Assembly: GCF_004010195.1 (NCBI RefSeq)
Contig: NC_057718.1
Span: forward strand, 104,222,932 to 104,242,931
Reading direction: 5' to 3'
Source: Chiloscyllium plagiosum
Taxonomy: Eukaryota
DNA: 20,000 nt
The notes beneath the pieces are model-generated. The model did not search any database. It was not told the DNA's origin and worked only from the letters and a program-made list of their open reading frames with translations. Positions 1-9,252 of this stretch are shown one piece after another. The stretch's first letter is position 1; the number at the start of each line of letters is the position of its first letter. The position numbers and the translations under genes were made by a program.

Positions 1-345
1 CCCCTCACTCAAAACCATCTCCCTCCTGCCATCTGACAGAAGATACCAGAGCATTCGGTCTCTCTCAGCCAGACTGTGCAACAGTTTCTCCACCCAAGCC
101 ATCAGGCTCCTTAACACAATATAATTGGGCTTTTTCCCATCTGAAATTCTTTGATTTGCTGGTAGAACAATGTCTATTAATTAACATTCTTTTATTTTAC
201 TGTACTTTGCTTGTTTTGCACTTCTTATGCACTTTCTGCCGCCTGTGTAGTTTGCGCTGTCTGTGTAGTATTTGATCCTGGAGGAACGCGGTCTCATTTT
301 TACCATAGAAATGACAAATAACATCTGCTTATTACTCTAGCTCGA
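1..345 (+). mobile_element. Rex1/Babar-type LINE, 3' end (ORF C-terminus plus 3' UTR)
   Basis: Frame 2 reads LLPSDRRYQSIRSLSARLCNSFSTQAIRLLNTI* (stop 122-124), matching the typical Rex1 C-terminus LLPSGRRYRS...NSFFPQAIRLLN. An AT-rich UTR follows, ending near aatgacaaataa. The right boundary is approximate. Confidence 0.8.
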
Positions 346-957
346 CTATTCATGGATAGAGTAATCTTTGCTCTCTCTATGGGAATGGTAATCCTGTTTC
401 AGACTCGATAGAATTCATTTGCTTTTTATGTCTTCCTCAATAATGAGCCCATTTTCTGCATTGTAAAGTTTTGATCGTGCTGCTCCATATACAGTTTGGA
501 CAGGGATTTGAGCCTCCCATCAGTTCACAGGAAACATGCCTGATCTTTACAAACCTAGGGGTGACACTCAGATTGTTGAGAAAACTGGCAACGTAAACTG
601 TTTATGACATTCTGTGCAAAGTGACCCCATCCCAGCTCAATTACGTTATAACTTATTTACAAGCGAAGTATAAGCCAGGTAATTGGAGGTAAGTCAAAGT
701 CATTCAGATGTATTACACTGATAACTAGTAACGAACAACCTGACCTACAGAGGGAGAGAATGAGGTACCAACAGCATAGAGTACCATGATCAGCTGGTCA
801 CAGTCCAACATGTCAGTCTCAACGCTATGATGGCAGCTCCTCACTGTTATACCCCACATAAATAATATCTGTTAGAGATTAACAAGGTCAGAAAAGCAGC
901 ACACAGAAAGTAATAGGCATCATAATCGTAATTAGCAAATTGTTACATTCCCCAAGT

Positions 958-1209
958 AATTTGTGCCTTTAATGTAATAAAACGACACAAGGCACTTCCT
1001 AGAAGTGTTATCGAACAAAGTTAGACAGCAAGTCATGATAAATAAAAGTGAAAAATGCTGGAAAAACCTAGCAGGTCTGGCAGCACCTGCAGAGAGAAAA
1101 ACACTTAATTGTTTCAGTCAGCTGCCGAAAAATTGAAAAAAGAATCAGTTTTAAGGAGCATCTTAAAGGAAAAAAGGATGGTGCAAAGGCAGAGAGTAAC
1201 GGGAGGGAG
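958..1209 (-). mobile_element. Old L2-type LINE 3' terminus, interrupted by a PLE fragment at about 1040-1119
   Basis: gcctttaatgtaataaaacgacacaaggcactt... and gttttaaggagcatcttaaagga resemble a decayed L2 3' end read on the minus strand. It appears to resume at about 3510. Confidence 0.5.
1040..1119 (-). mobile_element. Penelope-like element terminal fragment (subfamily C)
   Basis: tgctggaaaaacctagcaggtctggcagcacctgcagagagaaaa is the reverse complement of the terminal sequence at 2295-2360 and 15660-15701, and is related to 6330-6360. Confidence 0.65.
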
Positions 1210-1471
1210 TTTTATTCATTCATGGGGCGTGGGCTGGCAGGGTCAGCATTTATTACCCATCCCTAGTTGCCCCTTGAGAAGGTGGGGGTGAGCTGCCTTC
1301 TTGAACCACTGCAGTCCATGTGCTGTAGATAGACCCACAATGCCCCTTAGGGAGGGAATTCCAGGATATTGACCCAGCGACACTCAAGGAAGGTTGATAT
1401 ATTTCCAAGTCAGGATGGTGACTGGCTTGGAGGAAAACTTACAGGTGCAGGTGTTCCCATGTATCTGCTTC

Positions 1472-1793
1472 TAGATTAGAGTGGTGCTGGAAAAGCACAG
1501 CAGGTCAGGCAGCATCCGAGGAGCAGTAAAATCGACCTTTCGGGCAAAAGCCCTTCATCAGGAATACAGGCAGAGAGCCTGAAGAGTGGAGAGATAAATG
1601 AGACTGGGGTTGAAGTGTTCCGAGGTGGAAGATGAGATGTTCTTCCTCCAGGCGTCTGGTGGTGAGGGAGGCCCAGGACCTTCATGTCCTCGGCAGAGTG
1701 GGAGAGGGAGTTGAAATGTTGGACCACAGGGCGGTGGGGTTGATTGGTGCAGGTGTCCCAGAGATGTTCCCTAAAGCGCTCTGCTAGTTTTTA
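1472..1793 (-). mobile_element. Penelope-like insertion (subfamily B) with a GIY-YIG endonuclease C-terminal remnant
   Basis: Minus strand reads LAERFREHLWDTCTNQPHRPVVQHFNSLSHSAEDMKVLGL, then after a frameshift RLEEEHLIFHLGTLQP, typical of the PLE GIY-YIG C-terminus. The terminal part matches 6250-6372. Degenerate TSD ccatgtatYtgYttc at 1457-1471 and 1794-1808. Confidence 0.85.
1534..1561 (-). ncRNA. Minimal hammerhead ribozyme core (helix III palindrome mutated)
   Basis: Minus strand CUGAUGA-A-GGGC-UUUU-GCCC-GAAAGGUC; one change relative to GAAACGUC at 6284-6311. Confidence 0.6.
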
Positions 1794-2249
1794 CCATGTA
1801 TTTGTTTCCCCTGTCCTTCTGGATGGAAGGAGTTGTGGGTTTGGAAGGTGCTGTCTGAGGATCTTTGGTGATTTCTGCAGAGCCTCTTGTAGATAGCACA
1901 CACTGCTATGTCGATGGTGAAGGGAGTGGATGTTTGTGGATTTGGTGCTAATCAAATGGGCCGCTTTGTCCTGGATGAGCTTCTTGAGTGTTGTTAGACC
2001 TGCACCCATCCAGGCACCCTGTGCCTTGTAGATGGTGGACAGGCTTTGGTGAGTCCGGAGGTGAGTTACTCACAGCAGTATTCCCAGACTCTGACCTACT
2101 CTTGTAGCCCCTGTGTTTATATAGCTGGGTCCAATTGAGTTTCAATGATAACCTCCAGCACTTTGATAGTTAGGGATTCAGTGATATTCTCTCGTATTGG
2201 AGGTGGTCTTTGCCTGATATTTGTGTGGCATGGGTGTTCAGTCAGCTGT

Positions 2250-2403
2250 TCTCCATTTGTAGCTCATCCTGAAGAAGGGTCACAGGACTCAAAACATTAA
2301 TTCTGCTTTCTCTTTACAGACTTTGCCAAGTCTGATTAGTTTCTCCAGCAATTTCTGTTCCTGTTCCAGATTTTCATCATCTGCAGTACTTCAATTTATT
2401 TTA
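2250..2403 (+). mobile_element. Penelope-like 3' terminal fragment (subfamily C) with a decayed hammerhead
   Basis: ctgaagaagggtcacaggactcaaaacatt (2269-2298) is a decayed CUGANGA...GAAAC core, followed by ...ttctccagca...catctgcagt as in the other PLE termini. Confidence 0.65.
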
Positions 2404-3040
2404 CTGGATAATGTTCATTTCTTGTTAGATTTGGACTTCTCTACCTGAGGAGTGGCGAATGGTGTGAACATTGTAATCATCAGCGAACATCCCTACTTCA
2501 GTCCTTATGATAGAGAGAAGGTCATTGATGAAGCAGCTGAAGATGGTTGGGCCGAGGACACTATCCTGAGGAACTCCTGCAGAGATGTCCTGGAGCTGAG
2601 ATGACTGACCCTCCAACAACCACAACCATCTTCCTATGTGCCAGGTATGATTCCGACCAGTGAAGAAGACCCAGTGGCTCCAATACCCACTGATTTCAGT
2701 TTTGCCAGGGCTCTGTGATGCCATACTCAGTCAAATGTAGCCGAAATGTCAAGGGCTTACCCTCTCTCTTTCCCTCTGGAATTCAGCTCTTTTGTCCATG
2801 TTGGGATGAAGGGTGTAATGAGGTCAGGAGCTGAATGGCCCTGGTGGAACCCAAACTGGGTGTCACTGAGCAGGTGCTGCTTGATAGCCCCTGTGGATGA
2901 CCCCTTCCATCACGTTACTGATGATTGAGATTAGACTGATGGGGCGGTAATTGGCTGGGTTGGGTTTATGCTGCTTTTTGGGTACAGGACATACCTGGGC
3001 AATTTTCCACATTGTCAGGTAGATGCCTGTGATGTTGCTG

Positions 3041-3112
3041 CAGACCCCATTGCAAAATGGTTGAATCTTAACGGCCCTCTGAAATGGCTGAGCAATCCAC
3101 ACTGTCATATCA
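3041..3112 (+). mobile_element. SINE central-domain fragment
   Basis: cagacccc...tggttgaatcttaacggccctctg is similar to 14577-14616 and 17938-17978. Confidence 0.5.
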
Positions 3113-3140
3113 GTCTGACATAGTAATACCCATGGATTCA

Positions 3141-3350
3141 TACAGTCAGCTCTTCTATAATGTGATGGTTGTGTTCTTATTCAACCCCACATTCTAGAAA
3201 AATCACGCTTTAGAAACAGCGCTTAAAGTGTTGGTACTGTATTCGCGTTATGGCCAACACCCGTTTCATAAGTTTGCACTTTAGAAAGCGCACCCCCAAT
3301 TTGTCAGTGGATTCGCGTTGACAAAATGCATGTCATAACAGAATGACCTA
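3141..3350. mobile_element. Possible decayed Tc1/pogo (Tigger-like) MITE
   Basis: Begins TA-cagtcagctcttctataa and ends cataacagaatgaccta (degenerate inverted ends). Internal hairpin gtgttgg...ccaacac at 3228-3260. Confidence 0.4.
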
Positions 3351-3509
3351 ACAGACAATGCCCTTGGCATACCATCGCCACCCCTGGGTAAGTCCTGCTC
3401 AACTGGTAAGACAGACCCACCAAAGATATACAGTTGGGGGGAAGGTATACCCTGGGAGTCCTTAACTTCTAGATAAAAGAGGCCATGGGTTTGGAAGGTG
3501 CTGTTTAAA

Positions 3510-3845
3510 GAATTCCAGAGCTTTAGGGTCTGGGCAGCTGAGAGCATGCCCACTCGGGGTGGAGGGATTAAAACTGGAGATACTGAGGAGCCTGAATTAA
3601 CAAACTGCAGATATCTCAGAGGATTGTGCAGCTGAAGGAGGTTACAGACACAGGAAGAAGCGAGCCCAATGAGGAGAATTTTAAAATTAATATTCCCCAA
3701 TGCTCATCTGTCAGTAAAGGCATGGGATATGAACAAAGCCTAATACAAGTTAGGAACCAGCCGAGTTGTTTCAGATAATCTCACGTTTACAGAGTGAATA
3801 ATCCAGAAGGCCAGTCAGGAGTGTGTTGTAATAATTATGTCTCAA
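3510..3845 (-). mobile_element. Old L2-type LINE fragment (RT C-terminal region)
   Basis: The minus ORF includes LSAAQTLKLWNSL, resembling the L2 AFS..AP.LWNSLP motif. Likely the continuation of 958-1209. Confidence 0.55.
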
Positions 3846-3974
3846 ACCCTGCACTGAGAAAGGCTGCCTCCTCTGCTCTCCCTGAACATACAACTATCTG
3901 ACCCAACAGTTTCAGCCAGGTTCCTGTCACATTGTGTGGACTGTATAAGGTCATCAGAGCCTTTTACAAACATC

Positions 3975-4166
3975 ATCTCATACATCCCAGTATTCTCCTA
4001 TGTCCCACTATATCTCCATACATCCCAGTATATCCCCATATGTCCCAGTATATCCCCCTACATCTCCGTACATTCCAGTATATCCCTATAAGTCCCAGTA
4101 CATCCCTGCTGTCCCAGTACATCCCCATATGTCCCAGTACATGCCGGTACGTCCCAGTACATCCCC
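3975..4166. repeat. Degenerate minisatellite with 10-11 bp subunits (about 20-21 bp dimer, tgtcccagtacatccccata-like)
   Basis: Repeated tcccagta / atcccc / cata words, seen directly. Confidence 0.9.
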
Positions 4167-4419
4167 AGAGGCAGGTGGACACACTAGGAGATATAATTAA
4201 TGCAGGAGCTGGTGTCAATGTATGATCACAACACCTCTGAAAAGACATGTACCCAGCCAAGTCACATAGCATGGCACCACCTACCAAAAGCCATCTTACA
4301 AAGTAATCAATCACCAGGTTAGAGCAAACAGGCACATCCCAAATCAACTTCATCTGGAATAGGGATCCATCCTCATTTGGATCCAAACTCGCCAACCATG
4401 TGACTGCACCCTATGCCAT

Positions 4420-4590
4420 GCCACTCCACCCCAGCCCCAGCCCCACACCACCCCAAAACTCACCCCCACCCCCAACCCAAACCCTTACCCCAGCCTGACC
4501 CCCTTCCCCCTCCCCCACACCATCTCCATCCCCTCCCCCACACCACCTCAAGCCCCACACCAATCCCATCACCCTCTGCTCCATCCCAAA
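4420..4590. repeat. C-rich low-complexity tract
   Basis: Dense runs of C3-C6 separated by A/T; G-rich on the minus strand. Confidence 0.85.
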
Positions 4591-5494
4591 CCAGAGTTGG
4601 GCTGTCATGTCATGGAGGGAGGCTCAGGGCAGAGCTTCCGTACCTGAGACAGAGAAACTATCTACTGCAGCATAGGAGCTCTGTGATATAGAAACGTAGC
4701 AGTCTGTTATTCAACCAATGCCATTATTTCACCAGGTATTGCTACACAGCACAGTTAGTCATGACACTATTCCTGAGTTAGCCAGACCCACTTAAAACAC
4801 TCATTCTCATTAACATCACTTAACAACCAGAACGTTTAATTACTAGAGACCTCACTGACTTTCCAAGAGTAATGATTGTCCCTTTATATTGATGTATTTA
4901 CGATGCATTTTAAGTCTGTCTTTGGTGTCTTAAAGGTGTTGGTCATTCTCTCCCAGAACGTTTTTCCATAATTTTTCCTTTTTGTCGGGTTTGTAATTTG
5001 TAGGCTGTCAAGTTTGTTTTAACACAAGTGCTGGAGTTGAATAATAACCATAACGCTTTCCTTTAAAAGCACGGGGTATGCTAATGAGGCTGGTGTGCTC
5101 AAAACTGTCAGCATTGTACTCTGAGTCTATTAAAATAAATCAAGTCTAACACAACCCACCATTAGACTTACTTCTGTCACACAATTTGATTACGTTCACC
5201 TAACATGTTTTAATCTGGAAGAGATTGCTGTAATATTACCATTCATAGTCCATGATTCTTGCATTTGCCATTTTGACACACTTCAGAGAGAATATGGATT
5301 GACCCAACGAATCAACTTGGGCAGTAATTTTCAAACACCAAGAACTAATATCAACTGGCTGACAAGTGGCAGCATTTCTTTAAAGCTCTGTCTTGTGTGG
5401 TGGTAGTATCCCTACCTCGAGCTAGGACACCAAGGTTCAAAGTTAAAAATCACACAATACCAGGTCATAGTCCAACAGGTTTATTTGGAAGCGC

Positions 5495-5523
5495 TAGCTT
5501 TCAGAGCGCTGCTCCTTCATCAG
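5495..5523 (-). ncRNA. Minimal hammerhead ribozyme core
   Basis: Minus strand CUGAUGA-A-GGAGCAGCGCUCU-GAAAGCUA, with a G-U pair at the base of helix II. Confidence 0.6.
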
Positions 5524-5999
5524 GTGGTTGTGGAGTATAAGACAGTAAGACACAGAATTTATAGCAAAAGTTTACAGTATGATGTAACTGAAATGATATA
5601 TTGAACAAACCAGGATTGTTAAGTCTTCCATCTTTCCGAATGGGTTGCAGGTTTCGGTTCATTAATATGTAAGGTAGTCAACCCACTTAATATTTTGTAA
5701 ATTCCACTTTGGAAATAGAAACAGTCTGACCTAAGTTTGGGATACAGACAGACTCTAACCTCACACCTTTAATACATTGTCTGAACTAGGATGTCACCTT
5801 TTGTTATAAAACGTTAACTTGAGAAGGTGACTTAAACAAAGTTCTAGGATTTACATATTAATGAACCGAAACCTGCAACCCATTCGAAAAGATGGAAGAC
5901 TTAACAATCCTAGTTTGTTCAATATTTCATTTCAATTACATCACACTGTAAACTTTTGCTATAAATTCTGTGTCCTACAATCTTATACTCCACAACCAC

Positions 6000-6028
6000 C
6001 TGATGAAGGAGCAACGCTCCGAAACTTA
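6000..6028 (+). ncRNA. Minimal hammerhead ribozyme core (helix III palindrome mutated)
   Basis: CUGAUGA-A-GGAGC-AAC-GCUCC-GAAACUUA. Confidence 0.55.
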
Positions 6029-6123
6029 GTGCTTCCAAATAAACCTGTTGGACTATAACCTGGTGTTGTGGGATTTTTAACTTTGTCCACCCCAGTCCAA
6101 CACTGGCTCCTCCACATCATGGG

Positions 6124-6410
6124 ATCACCCTCCCATCCTGGCACTTTCCCTTGCCACCGCAGGAACTGTAAAACTTGTGCCCACACCTCCTCCCTGACCT
6201 ATCACCTTCTTCCCCTCCCCCACTCACGCATTGTACCCTCCTCTAGCTTATCTCTCCACGCTCCAGGCTCACTGCCTTTATTCCTGATGAAGGGCTTTTG
6301 CCCGAAACGTCGATTTTGAAGCTCCTTGGATGCTGCCTGAACTGCTGTGCTCTTCCAGCACCACTAATCCAGAATCTGGTTTCCAGCATCTGCAGTCATT
6401 GTTTTTACCT
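6124..6410 (+). mobile_element. Internally deleted Penelope-like element (subfamily B) nested in the tail of subfamily A
   Basis: Encodes PGTFPCHRRNCKTCAHTSS, the Cys-rich linker that precedes the PLE GIY-YIG domain, joined to the 3' terminus ending gtttttacct. Perfect TSD cacatcatggg at 6113-6123 and 6411-6421. Confidence 0.85.
6284..6311 (+). ncRNA. Minimal hammerhead ribozyme core, intact
   Basis: CUGAUGA-A-GGGC-UUUU-GCCC-GAAACGUC; palindromic ACGU, predicted cleavage after GUC (6311). Helix I is weak. Confidence 0.7.
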
Positions 6411-6889
6411 CACATCATGGGTACCAAGGTTCAAGTCTCACCTGTTCCAGAGTTGTAACATCCCTGAACAGATTGATTAGTAAATACCTCATGTCTTGAT
6501 CCTAGCTTGTTCAGCCAAGCAAACTATTTTCAAGCAGATTGGAATCTGAAGTTCTGCTGCACTCTGTTCAAACTCACATCCATGTGGGCACATCGTTCTG
6601 GGAGGGGAGTCTCACCTTTCATACCATGGGGCATTGAGAATTACACCTCACCCCTGCAGTGCTACATGCAGCCAGCCCAGTCGGGCAGCATCCCTATCCC
6701 TGGTAGTCACCTGCAGGATCCCTCATGATCAGGGAATTAGCTGCCTGTCACTTCCATGTTGCCTATTGAAAACCATAGATTTTAGAGTTAGCAAGGAGAT
6801 TATTTGGGTGTCCAAATATTCTACAAGTTAAACTTGTGACTTTTCTTCATCTTTGAAAAGAACAACACACACAAAGGCACTAATTTATT

Positions 6890-7230
6890 TTTTATTCATT
6901 CATGGGCTGTGGATGTCACTGGCTGGGCCCAGCATTTATTGCCCGTCCCTAGTTGCCCCTTGAGAAGGTGGGGGTGAGCTGCCTTCTTGAGCCGCTGCAG
7001 CCCATGTGCTGTAGGTAGACCCTCAATGCCCTGAGGGAGGGAATTCCAACATTTTGACCTAGCGACACTGAAGGAACGGCGATATATTTCCAAGTCAGGA
7101 TGGTGAGTGGCTCGGAGGAAAACTTGCAGCTGGTTGTGTTCCCATGTATCTGCTGCCCTTCTCGATGGAAATGGTCATGGGTCTGGAATGTGGTGTCTGA
7201 GGATCTTTGGTGAATTTCTGCAGTACATCT
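6890..7230 (-). mobile_element. CR1/L2-group LINE 3' end, 5'-truncated (same family as 1210-3035)
   Basis: Minus ORF RRSFSVARSKCWNSLPQG...LQRLKKAAHPHLLKGQLG, ending atgaatgaataaaaaa. Collinear with 1210-1470 plus 1810-1880. Confidence 0.9.
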
Positions 7231-8166
7231 CTGTGCTTTAACCAGAATGAAGGGAGGAACAGATCAGAACTGAACTGAACCAGGGCAGAGTACCAAACTG
7301 AACTGTGTAAAGCAACATGATCAATCCAAATAAATGATGGTTGATAGTGTAGCAATAGGTGCTTCACTCGATCAACAACTCTTTCACAAGTGAGGAACAG
7401 ATTGAGAAAGCAGGAAACATGTTTCAACAGAACAACATTGAACTGGCAACAGGGGAAGCCGAGTGGTCAATTTACGGAGCATTATTGTACGGATAGGGCA
7501 GGGAATCAGTGTCACAGAGCAGGAGCTCCCATGCCTAGTGCTAATACTGAGGGAGATGGGAGCTTACAGTGAGCAGACTGACATATCTCCTCATGATGAA
7601 GTTTTTACAGGCTGGATTCAGAATGCCAGTGTGTACTGGTCGATAATTTCCTGAGAGTTTGAATCATTTGAAAAAGATGTGAGAAATCATTAGTCCTACA
7701 AAGATCAACCACAAGACATTTCTCTTTTAACTTTATGAATAATACAGAGATAAAGATAGACTTATTGTTAACATTTTCACCTGGTAGAATTATCCCTAAG
7801 ATAAGGTAAAGGTGTTACATTTGTTAGCCCAGTGGACAACTAAACTGCTGTATAAGGAAAGTTATTGACAGGGAATAAATAAACTGAATTGATTCAAATT
7901 TGAATTCCTTCACCACTGGATGGTTTGTGGTTTGGTTCCACTTTTGAATAATATTTGGATATCTCTGTGGGTAACCTGTGGTCCAGTACAAACATTTCCT
8001 CAACCTAAAAGTGGTTACTATCTAATTCAGGATGGTTTTTGCTAATTCCTGTTTTGGCACAATAACAAACACATTACACCATAGGATGAGTATATCTCTC
8101 TTTGGTATACAAAGTTAAAAATCACACAACACCAGGTTATAGTCCAACAGGTTTAATTGGAAGCAC

Positions 8167-8195
8167 TAGCTTTCGGAGCGCTGCTCCTTCATCAG
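8167..8195 (-). ncRNA. Minimal hammerhead ribozyme core, intact
   Basis: Minus strand CAC-CUGAUGA-A-GGAGC-AGC-GCUCC-GAAAGCUA-GUG; 3 bp helix I (CAC/GUG), palindromic AGCU. Confidence 0.7.
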
Positions 8196-8436
8196 GTGGT
8201 TGTGGAGGTTAAGATCATGCTCACAGAATTTATAGCCAAAGGAGTCCAGTGTCATGGAGGTGTGATACAGTAAACAGTCGTAGATTAAAAACTTTCATCT
8301 TTTATAATGGGATATGGGTAAAAGATAAAAGTTTTAATCTAAGATTGTTTACTGTATCACATCTCCATGACACTGAATTCCTTTGCTATAAATTCTGTTA
8401 AATTCTATGTCTTATGATCTTATACTCCACAACCAC

Positions 8437-8465
8437 CTGATGAAGGAGCAGCACTCCGAAAGCTA
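8437..8465 (+). ncRNA. Minimal hammerhead ribozyme core, intact
   Basis: CAC-CUGAUGA-A-GGAG-CAGCA-CUCC-GAAAGCUA-GUG. Confidence 0.7.
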
Positions 8466-8773
8466 GTGCTTCCGATTAAACCTGTTGGACTATGACCTGG
8501 TGTTCTGGGATTTTTAACTTTGTCCACCCCAGTCCAACACCAGCATCTCCAAGTCATGGCAACCATCTCTTTGGTGGGATAGAGTCAAAATAAAATGCTC
8601 ATTGGTTTACTTGACATGCTACTGTGCAGAACCGAACTGCATATGTGACAATTATAGATATGAAGAGAATTTTTATGAATAAACTTACTTTTTTGAAATA
8701 AAATAATCACTCTCAGGTACACAATGTTTGCTCTTTCCTCAGGCTCTGCTATGTGACTGCTGACCATTGTCAC

Positions 8774-8978
8774 AAATCACACAACACCAGGTCATAGTCC
8801 AACAGGTTTAATTGGAAGCACACTAGCTTTTGGAGCGACGCTCCTCTATCACCTGATGAAGGAGCGTCGCTCCGAAAGCTAGTGTGCTTCCAATTAAACC
8901 TGTTGGACTATAACCTGGTGTTGTGTGATTTTTAACTTTGTACACCCCAGTCCAACACCGGCATCTCCGAATCATGAT
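8774..8978 (+). mobile_element. Miniature fold-back Penelope-like element (subfamily A) with arms 8774-8845 and 8860-8931
   Basis: 72 bp near-perfect arms and a tail at 8932-8978. TSD cattgtcaca at 8765-8774 and 8979-8988. Confidence 0.85.
8853..8881 (+). ncRNA. Minimal hammerhead ribozyme core, intact
   Basis: CAC-CUGAUGA-A-GGAGC-GUC-GCUCC-GAAAGCUA-GUG. Confidence 0.7.
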
Positions 8979-9089
8979 CATTGTCACAGCAGTGTTTCTA
9001 TCACTATCTCCAAGTGTTTCCTTTGTTTCTGGGCTTATCTAATTAATATCATACTTTTTGTCTTAAAATCAGTCCCCTCTATCAGGGGC

Positions 9090-9252
9090 TTTCTGCTTTG
9101 TTCTTTCCCCACTTCCACTCCAACTCTATTTGTTTCAAATCTGTAACTCTCAACCCGAACCATGGATTTTGTTTCGCTCTCTCTGCATGACCTGCTGCAT
9201 GTTTCCATCATCTGCTGTTCTTTCAGATTTCTGACAGTAGTTTGCATTTCTG
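9090..9252 (+). mobile_element. Highly decayed Penelope-like 3' terminus
   Basis: acccgaac...tgcatgacctgctgcatgtttccatca...tttcagatttc resembles the other PLE termini in this window. Confidence 0.45.

Larger units (their letters stand above)
1210..3035 (-). mobile_element. Decayed CR1/L2-group LINE (RT domain to 3' end) with internal deletions and nested insertions
   Basis: Minus-strand peptides WKIAQVCPVPKK..NPANYRPISLISIIS (2863-3035) and GVPQDSVLGPTIFSCFINDL..VGMFADD (2425-2724) are non-LTR RT motifs. The 3' end (1210-1470) is nearly collinear with the copy at 6890-7230. Confidence 0.9.
5438..6123 (+). mobile_element. Fold-back Penelope-like element (subfamily A), non-coding, with inverted arms 5438-5672 and 5851-6085
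   Basis: About 235 bp imperfect inverted arms around a 178 nt spacer, then an unpaired tail ...ccccagtccaacactggctcctccacatcat. Each arm has a hammerhead core. Same termini as 8109-8565 and 8774-8978. Confidence 0.85.
5385..6487 (+). mobile_element. Short tRNA-derived SINE split by nested PLE insertions (halves 5385-5440 and 6423-6487)
   Basis: A-box-like gtggtggtagt and B-box-like ggttcaagtc. The 12-mer accaaggttcaa is duplicated at 5429-5440 and 6423-6434. Confidence 0.6.
8109..8565 (+). mobile_element. Fold-back Penelope-like element (subfamily A) with arms 8109-8304 and 8319-8523
   Basis: About 200 bp inverted arms, a 14 nt spacer and an unpaired tail at 8524-8565. TSD tctctttggt at 8097-8106 and 8566-8575. 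Confidence 0.85.

Noticed and set aside
1113..2248. 12 bp direct repeat ttcagtcagctg (1113-1124, 2237-2248) as a TSD
   Set aside because: It does not bracket a coherent element; the LINE continues beyond 2248.
2425..3141. Functional reverse transcriptase, or a prokaryotic retron-type system
   Set aside because: The motifs are non-LTR LINE type, broken by frameshifts and deletions, in a vertebrate repeat context.
3932..4691. Pro/Tyr/Gly-rich ORFs
   Set aside because: Translations of the minisatellite and the C-rich tract; no recognisable domain.
5438..8978. Reading the fold-back elements as classical TIR MITEs or a CRISPR-like array
   Set aside because: Arm lengths and TSD lengths vary, one side has an unpaired tail, hammerhead cores are present, and there is no repeat-spacer periodicity.
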